Counted from the first letter of the whole stretch, positions 24,679-36,697 are shown. The stretch: 63,742 nt of DNA, filler included, from Folioceros fuciformis (GCA_049999805.1; 10 parts of 10 records of this genome joined end to end with filler, not necessarily neighbours in it); one strand, 5' to 3'. Notes: generated from the letters alone by a model not told the origin. Numbers and translations: made by a program.

Positions 24679-26191
24679 TCAAGTTCCTGAATGAGAAGAC
24701 AACAGATGATTCATCGAAAACATACCGCCACTCCCTTGCTGCAGGGGGCTAGGTAGCCCTTCAAGGTTTAATCCTGGGAGAATCCCTGGTTTGCCAGCTT
24801 GAGGGTCAACCTGCAACATGCTAGCCACCTCATTAAAGCCGGGAATCTTGTGAGATTTCGGCAGCTGTGATTCATCCTTGTCTCCACCAAAAATAGTTTG
24901 AATGCATTCTATGGGGTTTGATATCTTCTTCTGCAGCTTCGTCACGAACGAAACTGTTCCAAAACGCCAGATGGCGGTGGTGACAACCATAAACCCGAGA
25001 ATCCAATGCGTCAATCTGTTTTGCTTCTGCACCACTTTGGCTAACTCGTCACATTGCGAAGAATGGAGCGCCTGAGATCCAACTTGGTTGTCCACATCCA
25101 GGTTACTGTTGGTGGTCACTTCCAGATGTTCGGATGCATTATTCACATACAAACCAGTTCTCGGACCTGAGGTCAACATACTCACCAAGGGCTCTATCAC
25201 AGCAGAATTCTCACTCGCGGCCAAAGCGGCCGCCTGCGCTGCTTGAGCTGCTGCCATCGCAGCATGGGCAGCTGCTTCCACAGCTGCTTTCAAGGTCCGT
25301 TCCGTTACTGGTGGACCGGCTTCCTGCTCGGGAATTCCGTTCCTGTCATAAAGGTGCCGACCCTTGCTACCAAGGTAGCGCAGCGAATCTGGCACTCTCA
25401 ATCTCTTCTCATATCGTAAAACTTTGACCTATTCCCAGCAACACAACAATTAGCGACAGAAGAACCTCTGAACACGGTATCAGAAGATCAGTGTCACGTG
25501 GAGTTGCGGGCAGAAGTAGCAATGAAAACAGGAACCCATAGTTTGTCAAACGAAACATCCGGAAGCGGCAAGAGAAGTTGCTTGAAGGTGAATTGCCACC
25601 GTACTTACAGCACCACGGTTTGTGTGCCTTCCAAATACCTGCTGTAACAATTTCTTGAGTATGTCGTCGTTTCTCTGTTCATGTTGTGGGTCATTTGGTT
25701 CAAGGGCGTTGTCCGACTCAGAATCTCTGACGTATAAGTTTCTCCTTGGCAACCGCCGCTGAGAATTCTCCTCTCGCAGAAGACGCACAATGGCAGACTC
25801 CATAAGCATCAGGTCCTCTGGTTGACATTCCTCCACTAACTTATTAGTATCTTCTTCCAAGTCCAAGGAAGAGTAGACACTTTCCAACTCTCCGGGAGCC
25901 TCTGTGCCACGTGAACTCATAGTCTCGCTATCAGAGAGGTGACAGCGCTGATCTTCTCCCCATGTTTCGTAAACCCCTCTATGCAATTGAAATGCGACTT
26001 TTTGCCTCATCCGAATCTCGTTTGCACACGAGACAGTAGACAACTAGGAGAGTGGCTGGGACCTATTCCCAGGCGCACTGTCAGACTGTGGTAGATCCCT
26101 TCTTATCAAGGCTGACAAAAGAGCAGACAAGACTCACCTTCGGCAGGTATGCGTGGAGAAACCAGCCCGAATCAATGAAAGACAGGTTCAT
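24679..26191 (-). CDS. Uncharacterised single-pass membrane protein, paralog A (exons 26191-26138, 26043-25639, 25428-24679)
   Basis: GT-AG joins give an open frame of about 402 aa. Motifs ESAIVRLLREE, DDILKKLLQQ, an Ala-rich coil, and KVVQKQNRLTHWILGFMVVTTAIW..KLQKKISNP. From memory these resemble an uncharacterised land-plant family (AT1G27300-like); unverified. Exon 1 and the start are uncertain. Confidence 0.7.
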
Positions 26192-26695
26192 GCCTTCGAC
26201 GGGGATCCTCCAAACTCAACTCGGTGCTCCACTCCTCGACCTTCAACGAGAGCTGAAACTCAAAACCCTAGTACCCTGTAGCGACTTGCTGGCACACATG
26301 TTCAGCTGAAGACATGTGGCATATCCCCCACGCAGGCTGGAGAGTGGTCGCCCACTTATCTGCAGAACATCGCAGTGCAACCCACGGAATGCCGACACCT
26401 GCCACCTGCTGCTGAATCAGTTCTGTGAATTAAACAAACATCTTAGTCACTTACAGTCGACAGCGAGGCCAGCTCTGAAATGGTAACCATTCGAGAGAAG
26501 CCGACAGGCCACACAAGTGCCATGAAGACGTGGCAAGAATCCTTGTGCTGGACTTCACCACGTGCAACTTGTGCCGGGGAAGGGGGCACACTTTGTAGGA
26601 GGAAGCTTGCTGCATAGTTATGTAGGTTCCTTGACATCCTGAGCTGAAATCCGTGTTCTGTAGCATCCAATATGCCGCAAGAAGGCCGGAAAAGT

Positions 26696-29052
26696 TCAAG
26701 GTGTTGGATTTGGGTAGCGTTCATGAACGGCTTCTACAGCAGCCAAAATTTCTGGACTGATAGACACAGACACTGATCCCAGAATCTCTCTGAGCTGCCA
26801 CAGCTGTGTAGCGCCTATCACCACGCTCCCGACCAGAGGACGTCGTAGCACAAAACCTGGACAGGTCGTGCACGATTAGCTACATGTGGCGAGTCTATAG
26901 AGAGCTTAATTCGAGCGCCAACTTACCAATGGCCAGGGCAACTGGGGAAATGCCGTGCTTCCTCGCAAGATCGACGTAGGCCTGGTGCAATCAGCCCGTC
27001 ACAATGAAAGGGGTCAAACCTGATGATCCGAGATCACGGCACGGAACACATGGCTTCTTACCAAGATGGGGAACGAAACTCACAGACACAGCAGGACGAA
27101 GATTTGGTTTTGTGAATCCGTAACGACCTTCTGCTTCTGCATACCGACCTGCCAGGTGGGCACTTTTCGAATGTCTTCAGGAAGAAGGAGACCAGATCTG
27201 GTTACATGAAATGAAATAGGACAGACGGGTGCTCATCAACGTATGTGAAAGATCACTTCACCTCGATATACATTCAATCTAGACTGAGGAGGGCCCCCAT
27301 CCGGTGCTAGGTACTTGCCAGACAGCAAGCCCATGGCCAGAGGACTATAGGCCAGCAAGCTCACTCTGCAACCAATAAATTCCGACCAGCCAAGTTCAGG
27401 AACAAACTCACTAGGCTACGTCGTTGAGGTCAGCCCTGGGCATCACAAAAGATACTTGCTAGACTTGGTTAGCTAAACTCAAAAATTACTTGCGGTGTGG
27501 TCCAACGTACCTTTCAAGGTGGCAGCATTCTGCCAGTGTCATATCAAATGTGCGACAGAGAAGACTGTAAGCATTCTGGGCCCAACTGGACCTTGTCATT
27601 TCCTCATGGGAAGAAGCTGCTGACTACAAATGATGCTGAAAAATGGTCCCTAGCAAATGGACGAAAGCTGTTGGGCAGGGAGTATGCACCCAGAGAGCGA
27701 GGGACTCAGCACATGTCACATATCCCAAGCTAGCCTACCTGGGTGGTGACAATTCGGGGCACGCCACTCGCTGCCGCAATGCGGCAGAATTCCATGACGC
27801 CGTAGGCAGTCTCGTTGCTTACTCCAACATGTAGGATCTGTTGTTGAAGGGAACATACTATTTGAAACCACTTATGGCAGGATGTTACCACAAATGGTTG
27901 TCCGTAGCGCCTACCTTTCCAGCATCCTTGGCCTTCTGAAGGGCTGTCAGCTGCTCTTCAATTGGAATAGAAGTATAGCTGTGGGTGGGTTGATAATCTG
28001 TCTCCCCAAACATGGGCACATATCTGCACCATGAATACGCTACCCTGTGAGTACCACGAGAGAACGATACACAAACACCAGAGTTACAGAATGCCAGACA
28101 GATGGCTTAGACTTACCTGTCTGGCCAATGTATCTGGTACAAATCAATGTAGTCGGTATTCAAGCGCTTCAAACTGCCAGGCCGGAATCTTTTCAGGCAC
28201 AGCATCCAACTGACTAAATTGAAGTTGTGAAAGGAAACATTACCTGTCATCGATCGCAGTGATAATGTTTCCTTGATCTAACGAATGCGGCCCTCCCCTG
28301 ATCCAAGGCATCTGAGCAGAGGGTCCACTAACCTACGGTGTGGTGCCCAGGGAAACTTTCAGCTCCCAGAGATAACATCAAAGGCAATGCTCAAGTCGGA
28401 GAAGCAAACAAACTCGCACCTTCGTTGCCAGCACTATATGGTGCCGGGGAATGCTGCTCTGCTTAAGCCAGCGCCCAATATATTCCTCTGACCTTCCTTG
28501 AGTGATGGCCTGTTGAGGCACTGGATACCTGGAAACGAAATACAGAAGCTCAAACTTACATGGGCCAGAAGCCAATTCAGGTAAAAGAAGAATCCATTTC
28601 GACTCGCCCACACACGATTGTAGCTAGCCTCACATTTCTGCCGAATCTATAAAATTTACTCCTGCTTCGGTTGCTTCATTGAGCTGCTCACATGCTTCAG
28701 CATAAGTGTTCTGCTCCCCAAAGGTCATCGTTCCTGCTCACAGGACATGCATGGTTACCATAACAGACATGTACGTGTGATGCTCAATCAGGAGGAGAGC
28801 CATATTTCTGGGCATACCAAGGCATAATTTGGAGACATGCAGGCCTGGAGAGATCGAGACCAGAGGAATCCCTGCCATTCTAAGGAACGATAGGCAATGT
28901 GTGTTGAGTAGGATAGGGCTTCTACACAGGCCGCTTAAAATTCGCCACTTAACACCTCTGCACTGGTTAGGGCTCTGCTTCTCCAGAAGTTCTTTCGTTG
29001 TCGCACAGGCTGGACCGTGAAGAATACTGACCTTGGACCTTCCTAAAGACAT
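26696..29052 (-). CDS. Aldo-keto reductase, Tas-like, multi-exon, with a probable N-terminal transit peptide
   Basis: Exons give VSKLCLG|TMTFGEQN..GVNFIDSAEM|YPVP..SEEYIGRWL..VLATK|V..SLKRLNTDYIDLYQIHWPDR|YVPMFGE..GVSNETAYG..NAYSLLCR..LLAYSPLAMGLLSGKY..VIGAT..HERYPNPTP*. The start (29052 or the downstream MAGIP) is uncertain. Confidence 0.92.
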
Positions 29053-29926
29053 CCGTAGCTATGTGTTCTCTCCCCCACATCCAACCTCCCTTGGCGTGAG
29101 GATGCCATGGCTGATGATGCCCTAGTCATCTGGTTTGGATTATTTCTTTCTGCCGTCCCATATCACACCTATACTGTGTCGACAACGCACGGAAGTACCG
29201 TGGCCATTTGTAAGGTGTTCCTTCTCCTTATCCACAATTGCCACATTTGCCTGAACTCCATGTGCCCGATCGCCCGACGTCCATGATGCAGTGAATTTGT
29301 GTTGAGATTTGGGATGAAAGAAATCCTGTCGACGACCGTTGCAGGATCCCACTGCATGGATTACTGAAATTCACCTGGAATAATTGATGTTACAGAGCAA
29401 GGATATTTGTTAGAGTCGTCACGACTACGAAGACGCCAGATGGCAATGCTGTGCGAGCCCGGCCTTCTTCCCGCCAAATTCGACTTTGTCATCACCCAAC
29501 GCTGAAAGGCGCTTGGTGCACGTATTGATAGCGGGCGGCTCATGACTTTGCGCCATGTCTTCAAAGCGGCCTTCGCCTGTACGTCTCTGTCCTTGTGTTC
29601 TGTCAGTGGATTTCGACGGATGGTCTGCCTGGCTGAGAGCTTGAGTAATGTGGACTTCGCGGTTGGCTTTGATGCTCAGAGCTCCTTGATTCAATAAAGT
29701 GATTCTCTAACCCATCAGCTGGCTTCTTTCGGCTTCCATGAGCTGAAGCTGTAACGTTCTGTAGCCTTGTGGAAGTTCGTACGTCGTTGCCTGCTGCCGG
29801 CCTGCAAATCTGCCACGTTGTGCGTGTGCCATTGCGTACAATGCTTTAGGGTTGCGTTCCAGCTTCCTGGGAATGTTGTGCACCAACAATTCTGAGTCGG
29901 TTGGGAGGATTCTGTGTTGCAGAGGC

Positions 29927-31410
29927 ATGAACCCGTCTACCATCGGTTCGGGCTGGTTTCTCCACGGAAAGATGCCATAGGTAAGTTCCCTGCATGGTGT
30001 CTTGTTCCTGATTTTTGGTGGAAGAGATCATCCACGGATTGACAGTCTCCCTGGCACAGGTTCCAGCAGCTCTGGCAGGGCATCCTCTGGCCTCAGGTCC
30101 GAAGAGGATTTGGATGTGGCACACATTGCATCGGCACGAGATAGCGAGGATTCCGAGTCTGGTGTGTGCGATGAAGAGCGGCTTGGCAGTGAGAAACGTT
30201 CTCATGGCACAGGGGCTTCCGGAGTCCTGGAGAACGTCAGCTCCTGCGTTGACGAGGACGAGGACTTCCGTGAGCTTGTGGAGGAATGTGAACCGGAGGA
30301 CCTGGTACTCATTGAGACTGCCATTGTGCGTGTTCTACGCAAAGAGAATTCGCAGGTGCAGCCGCCAAGGAGGAATCCATACGTCAGAGATTCGGTGTCT
30401 GAGGGCCAGAACGCCCGTGACCTAGTGGCGACGCAACACGAACAGAGAAACAATGAGATTCTGAAGGGGTTGCTACAGCAGGTATTTCGAAGGAGCATAA
30501 ACTGTGGTGTCGTGAGTCGGGTAGGAAGTCAGCTTTAGTTATTCCTCTGCAGCTGGATTCTCTTCTGCCAAGCTCTGGGTTTCTTGCTCACAACGGAAGC
30601 ACCTCAGACCGGTCTGGTAGACCGTCCTGTTCGGACTTCTCTCGCTAACTGTGTGTTGGTGGGGAATAGGTCAAATACCTGCGATCTGAGAAGAGACGCA
30701 GAGAGCCAGATTCGCTGCACTCCCTTGGCAGCAAGGTTCATGGCAGGTACGAGAAGCCCGAGCAAGAAGTCGGGCCTACAGTAACAGAACGGTCCTTAAC
30801 CGACATTGTGGAAGCAGCTGCTCATGCAGCAGTGGCAGCGTCTGAAGCAGCGAAGGCGGCCGCTTTCTCCGTGAGTGAGAATTCTGCTGCCATTGAGTCG
30901 CTGGTGACAATGTTGACTTCAGTTCCAAGAACAACCCGTTTAGATGTTCACGGTGTACCCGAACATGCGGAAGTGGCCCCCTCCAGTGATAAGCTGGATG
31001 TGGACAGTCAAATTGGATCTCAGAACTTGGATCCTTTGAAAGACGGTGAGTTAGGCAAAGTGGTCCAGAGGCAAAACAGGTTGACTCATTGGGTTCTCGG
31101 GTTGATGGTTGTCACCACAGCCATCTGGCGGCTTGGAACAGTTTCTCTGGTGATGAAGCTGCAGAAAAAAATATCCAACCCCTTAGAGTCGATCCAAAAT
31201 ATGTTCGGTGGAGAAAAGGACGAACCTCGCCTACCTCAAGTTCACAAGATTCCAGGTTTTAATGAGGTGTCTACGCTGCTGCAGGGTGACCCAGAGACTG
31301 GCAAACCCGGAATCTTGTCAGGACTGAAATTTGATGGTGATACCGCCCTGGAGCAACGTGACAGTGCGTTGTCAATCAACCATCTCTTGCCATCTCATGC
31401 TAGACCTTGA
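29927..31410 (+). CDS. Uncharacterised single-pass membrane protein, paralog B of 24679-26191 (exons about 30060-30481 and 30670-31410; 5' end unresolved)
   Basis: EECEPEDLVLIETAIVRVLRKEN..RRNPYVRDS..QHEQRNNEILKGLLQQ| and QNRLTHWVLGLMVVTTAIWRLGTVS..KLQKKISNP..HKIPGFNEV align with paralog A, with the same intron position. No in-frame ATG in the first large exon. Confidence 0.72.
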
Positions 31411-31853
31411 AGGATGCTGTCTTTAGTGAGCGGCCAGGGTACTCTCTGTGACTTTCAAACTCCCTTCCTTCTGTTGTCTGGGATACTGAGCAGGCTTGAA
31501 TAGTGTAACGTTTGTAGTAGAGGACGTCAAATTGAGTTCGAAGGGACCACAGTTCGGATGTAGGTTACGGGCATTCCGTGCTGTGTTGTTCAGATACGTT
31601 GGCTTGTGTCTTCTCAAAGATTAACAAATGCGTCACTGGTGTGGAACCAGTCTACATATGTGAAAGCAGGAAGAAGATTGTGTTTTGAATTAGTTCTTAC
31701 AACTGGTAACACGAAAGGCAGCTGCACACTTCAAGCTGTGGAGCTGTCAACATATTGGTGGTATGTACAGATTTGGCTTCAGCAATGTGTTAGAGCTCGC
31801 ACCTAGAGTCGCTACCGTTACTCCAAAATTTCCAATCATCATGCAAAGCAAAA

Positions 31854-34800
31854 CTAGATTTTGCAGCTCCAGGCAGATGCAGAGATAAGGGGCTTAGATC
31901 TCCATCCCAACACGAGGCGATGATCCTGCTGCTCCAGCCGGTAGCCATCTCGGAAGAGAGACAGCAAGAGCTTGGCTTGCCATTGGCCCTTGTAGCTCGT
32001 ACGATTTGGGACAAATCCAGCAGCGAAGGCCATAGAGCTCCAATGCCTGGCGATTTCCTCCTTCCTCGTCACGTCCTCTGTGCTGTAGTTGTAAATTTTG
32101 CAGGAGTTGAACTCTTCGAATCCGCCTTCGCTCAGCCCACTGGGCAGGCCTGTGGCATTCTCTTGTGCCCCAAGGCTGCCGTGGTCCTTCTCCGACTCGG
32201 CAAACAGCTGTGACAGCGCATCTTCATTCTGGCCCATGAACGAGAAGTTGGCAACCACGTTGGAGATTCTGGGAGCCAGGAATATCCTCTCCACGAGCTG
32301 CCGCACGGAGCTCTCAGGCCCGAGGCTGGCTTCCAGGGAATCGAAGATGGCTGAGTAGTGATGCAGGGCGTCGAAGAAGAAGCTCACAAAATTACCTGGC
32401 CCGCCCCGGGATGGGAAGCAGCAGCTCAGCTCCTCCTCCACCACGGTCATCACCACGGGGGACAGCTTGTGCATGGCGGTGAAGAAGGAATGCACTGCGC
32501 CAACTGTGGTCCGGGATGACTGGATCATGCCCCCGCCCGAGGCCATGTGCGGAAGGTGCAGCATGCAGTTCACGGCTATGGCTTCCCCCTTCACCAGCTT
32601 CAACACCGCGGGCTTGAACTCCTGCGAGTTCTCCACATCCACCTTGGCCTGGTGGAAGGAGAAAGGAATGTGCAACGACGCAGCGAACTCCGACAACCTT
32701 CTCCCCGTCTCCTGTACCGTGGACAGCAGAGATCCCGGCGTGCGCTTGGACCCCCCGGATCCCCCTCTACACAGGGCTGTGATCCTGAGATGTGGCGGGC
32801 CTCCTGGCCTGGCAGCCAGATCCTTCATTAGGGACGGCCATTGCACACCTTCCATGATGTCGTAGTCGATGATGTGCACCCGCCGCTCATTATCGAAGGC
32901 TTCCAGGATGGCCTGGTTTGCGGTGAAGTGAGCGAACTTGATGTAGGGGGAGATTTCGTGTAGGATTTGGAATGCTCCCAGCAGTTCTGCGATGGGCTCG
33001 CATTTGGCTATCTCAACCAGGTTGGAGGACGAGCTACCTCCCTTACCCGACAGACCCATTTGGTCCAGACGACTTTGCAGGCCCTCGGAGAAATAGGCTG
33101 CCACTCTGTGCAAAGTGGAACCGGTTTTGGGGCACAGGTCTTTGAGACGAGCCAGAATGACAGACACCAGGTCCATGTTGCTGGTTGCCACAGCCTCGGC
33201 TCCTGCCAGCAGCAGATGCACCAGGCGGATGCCATTGTATTCCGACTCCTCGGAAGGAGCCCCCCAGGGCGGAGCCCACTGGAGATGGGTATCGGTTGCT
33301 GCCACGGGTGGGGGAGCAGACTGCTGGTTGATGAATGCCTCGGATGTGGAGGACATGGCGATGTTCACCAGATGCAACGATCCGGGTTGCGAGTCCTGAA
33401 TCTGCTGCGCGGGGTTCCCGTTGGCATACTGCGCAGCAGCTTGCGGATCGTGCATGATGCCGGGAATGGACTTGGACTGTTCGCAGTTCGGCAGAGGGGT
33501 GTCGCTCCCTTCTTGGTTGCCATTTGAGCTGATGGATGCGTCGATGGCCGGATCGCGTCTATCATCGCCCTGCAGCAGCTCCAGAAATTCAATCTCGAAG
33601 TCCGCAATTTCGAGATCCTGCTTGAACTCGTGGCTGAATTCTGTATTGCACTCGTTTAGGCCTTGCAGTTTGCGCGACTCGGAGGTCTCCAGGTTGCGGA
33701 CTCCTTGATGGTCATCATAACAGCCTGGAAGATTCTGCTGCTTATCCAGGTTCTCCAAGCCGTGAGGAATGGCCAGCTCCATTTCTCCGATTCCAGATAT
33801 ATCTTCTAGCATTGACGTCATCAGGTTTTGGAGCTGGGAATCTTGCACGTTCTCACAGGAAGGACAATCCTTGAAGAACTCGTCTTCCGCGGCCTCAGGC
33901 ACGAAGGACTGCATGCAAACAGAGTCCAAATCGGTGAGAGGTTGTGACGAGCTGTGGCAGCGCGTGAGATGTGGAGCAACGGCTTGCTGGACAGGTTCCT
34001 CGTTTACGTTCCACCCTCGATCACTCATCTCCTGTCCATCTCCACCCCCGCTGCCGCCTGATTCCGAGGAATTGGACACAGCAGCGGCACACAGCACAGA
34101 GACCGGACTCACATCTCCTTTCCGATTGTGACTGAAATCGCACGCCTCTGGGCCGCTCAGACGGCGCGTCTCCTGGCATTGTCCTCCGCTGGTTTTGAGG
34201 CAAGATTGCTCAGACACCGTCGGGGACTCACAGTTCAGGATGAGGTACTTCCTCTCTCGCTTTATCCGAGAATCGCCCTTGCACATATCTTCCGGATCCA
34301 AACCCCCCGCCTTGGCAGACGCAGAAGTCGAACGCCTTTTCTTCTGCCCGGAGAAGCTCTTCTGGCTCTGGAGATCGTTTTCTCGCCCGACCTCCTTGAC
34401 GTTGGACACTTGGCTCGCAGTCCTCCGAGCCCGATTTCTGCTCCTCCGAGACAGAGCCTTCCCCACCTCCACGAATTCCAGCTGCAGTTCACGATCGCCA
34501 GATGACTTCACTTCCGGCAGCTTCCCATCCTCCAAAGCCAGGCTCTTCTTCCCCCTCTTAGGCTCGCACCCCGTCTCCAGCTCGGCTGTCGCAAATCTCT
34601 TAGCAGACAGAGGCGCAGATTCGTTGTTCATCTCCTTGCTCCCAGCCCTGCCATCGTCCCCAGAGCCCACATTTTGGAATTCCTGGTCCAGAGCAACATT
34701 GTTTCCATTCTCACAATCACCGCACGAAGGCCGCCGGTTGTCGCCGTGAGATGCCACCTCCGGACACACGCGCACGGCCATCCCACTGGATTCTTGATAC

Positions 34801-35456
34801 TGAACACGTCCTTGCAGATTCCCACTGACGCCATCACAGTCACCAGTAGTCACCACTGAGCCTCCTCCACTCCCGTTGGCAGACTCGGATTGGTTAGAAT
34901 TCGCATCAGCGGTCAGGCTTCTGGGAGCCTGGTGGGTGGAGCTCAAGGCCGCGCCATCCCATCTCTTTCCCCCGTAGGAGCATGCATCGCTCACCATACT
35001 CACTCGGGAATCACAGCGTATGAGAGCCCCAGCTCTGTCCTCTAAACAAGACTCCTGGCACTGCAACAACCGCTTGTGAGCCTCGCAGGAGGAAGCAAAG
35101 CCATTGGAGCTGCTGAAGAGAATGGACGATGCTGCTGCTAGGGAAGCATCGCTGGGTACCGCATGCGCAACCGCCGCGACCGCAGCTCGGAGCTTGGCAG
35201 AGCTGTTGCTGGTATCATCCGAGTAAATGTCCTTGATTGCCCGAGACCTCAATCCTTTAACAGAGTCCGAGCTTACACCTCGGAATTCCTTCCAGCACGG
35301 AGTCCCATCATGATCATCCTCCTCCGTCTGCACAGACACCATCTCATCTTCCTCGTCTGTGTCCGGAGGCCCGTCCACCACATTGTAGTCCTCCACCTTG
35401 AGCTCCATTTGGGATAAGGATTCAAAGATTGACTCCATGATTCCAATCACGCACAT
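31854..35456 (-). CDS. NSP2: GRAS transcription factor, NSP2-like, with an N-terminal low-complexity region of about 740 aa
   Basis: GIRLVHLLLAGAEA, VILARLKDL, AFQILHEISPYIKFAHFTANQAILEA, RRVHIIDYDIMEGVQW, PPHLRITAL..TVQETGRRLSEFAASL.IPFSFH, NCMLHLPH, ALHHYSAIFDSLE, LVERIFLAPRI and SASAW are diagnostic of the NSP2 clade. Single ORF; start ATG at 35456 or 35438. Confidence 0.88.
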   Translation of the reverse strand: MCVIGIMESIFESLSQMELKVEDYNVVDGPPDTDEEDEMVSVQTEEDDHDGTPCWKEFRGVSSDSVKGLRSRAIKDIYSDDTSNSSAKLRAAVAAVAHAVPSDASLAAASSILFSSSNGFASSCEAHKRLLQCQESCLEDRAGALIRCDSRVSMVSDACSYGGKRWDGAALSSTHQAPRSLTADANSNQSESANGSGGGSVVTTGDCDGVSGNLQGRVQYQESSGMAVRVCPEVASHGDNRRPSCGDCENGNNVALDQEFQNVGSGDDGRAGSKEMNNESAPLSAKRFATAELETGCEPKRGKKSLALEDGKLPEVKSSGDRELQLEFVEVGKALSRRSRNRARRTASQVSNVKEVGRENDLQSQKSFSGQKKRRSTSASAKAGGLDPEDMCKGDSRIKRERKYLILNCESPTVSEQSCLKTSGGQCQETRRLSGPEACDFSHNRKGDVSPVSVLCAAAVSNSSESGGSGGGDGQEMSDRGWNVNEEPVQQAVAPHLTRCHSSSQPLTDLDSVCMQSFVPEAAEDEFFKDCPSCENVQDSQLQNLMTSMLEDISGIGEMELAIPHGLENLDKQQNLPGCYDDHQGVRNLETSESRKLQGLNECNTEFSHEFKQDLEIADFEIEFLELLQGDDRRDPAIDASISSNGNQEGSDTPLPNCEQSKSIPGIMHDPQAAAQYANGNPAQQIQDSQPGSLHLVNIAMSSTSEAFINQQSAPPPVAATDTHLQWAPPWGAPSEESEYNGIRLVHLLLAGAEAVATSNMDLVSVILARLKDLCPKTGSTLHRVAAYFSEGLQSRLDQMGLSGKGGSSSSNLVEIAKCEPIAELLGAFQILHEISPYIKFAHFTANQAILEAFDNERRVHIIDYDIMEGVQWPSLMKDLAARPGGPPHLRITALCRGGSGGSKRTPGSLLSTVQETGRRLSEFAASLHIPFSFHQAKVDVENSQEFKPAVLKLVKGEAIAVNCMLHLPHMASGGGMIQSSRTTVGAVHSFFTAMHKLSPVVMTVVEEELSCCFPSRGGPGNFVSFFFDALHHYSAIFDSLEASLGPESSVRQLVERIFLAPRISNVVANFSFMGQNEDALSQLFAESEKDHGSLGAQENATGLPSGLSEGGFEEFNSCKIYNYSTEDVTRKEEIARHWSSMAFAAGFVPNRTSYKGQWQAKLLLSLFRDGYRLEQQDHRLVLGWRSKPLISASAWSCKI

Positions 35457-36697
35457 GTACACTACAGCTATCTAGCCACCTGAGCGTAGAACAATTGGAC
35501 ACTAGCTAATCTCGACAGAAACCTCCATGGGCCTTCCTAGCGTGACACTACATCCGAATACCAGGACACACTAGTCTGACTGACTGATATATCTACACTG
35601 TACAAAACGAAAATTCCTGGCCCCCTCTGGCCTCTATGTACACACTGCCAACACTCGGCCCCCAATGAGAGCAGTACTTAGTACGGGGAAGCGGAAAGCA
35701 GAGATCTGAGCAGCCTCTTGGATTCCCCGGCAACAGCAGCTGCAGCCGAAGCAGGGAGGCTAGGCAGATTGGGGAAAGAGCCCTCAGCAGATTAGAAAAA
35801 TGGGGTAGCTTTTTCGACAGATTCGCAACTCTAGAGGTAGCCACTTGACACGGAATGGATTCCGGAACGGAAAATGGGTAGGCGCGGATCCGGAATTCGT
35901 GTGCAGCCAGAGTGATGGAAGGCTGCAGCGTCCTCGGCCAGTGTAAGGAAGGGCGTACACAGAGACAGAGCTCTGGCTGCACAGAGGCAGACGGAGAGCA
36001 GAAGGTGGGCAGGCAGGCAGACAGAAAGACAGACTGAGAGGCGGACAGGCCGAGGGGAGATGGAGCGACTAGGACGTAGCTGGTGAGAAAGGAAGAGAAG
36101 GGAAGCATCGAAGTTTAGAACTGAGGACGAAAGCAGAGCGCACACTTTGTAGTGCTCTTGGCCAACGGAAGGGAGACGCTGGGTGCATGGCCCGGCCCCA
36201 CATACAAAGCTCGTGGTGGACCCAACTCCCAAGCACCCTATTCGCTGGGTCCTGTTTCCAAACACGCACAGCTGTCGGTGGCAGGAGTCTTCGGGCACAC
36301 CGAGCACCGGGAACTGCTGCTTGTCACAAACTGCAAATACAGATCTGCTCTGCTTTGATCCACCAACGGCGCCCCAGCATGTACAAATGTAGTCGTAGTG
36401 TAGTACGTAGTACGGGTAGGTTGGACACATTGAGCTTTTGCAGCAGTCGAGACCATTCCATCAAGCGTCCAGCGCTGCGCCAGCGCCAGGCACTGGTCCT
36501 GCGAGCCCCAATGGGCACTGTCGATTCCTTTAAACTCGCGACACAGACAAAACGTCAGGTCTGAGGTAGACTAGTATTCTCATTATCATCTTTATCAAGA
36601 TATTGATTTGTAGCAGACAAGTGTGTACAAGGTACACGGGAGCCTTTCTTAGTGGATCGTGAACATGTAGCCTTGGGCAGCCCCAGAGCAGTGTAGC

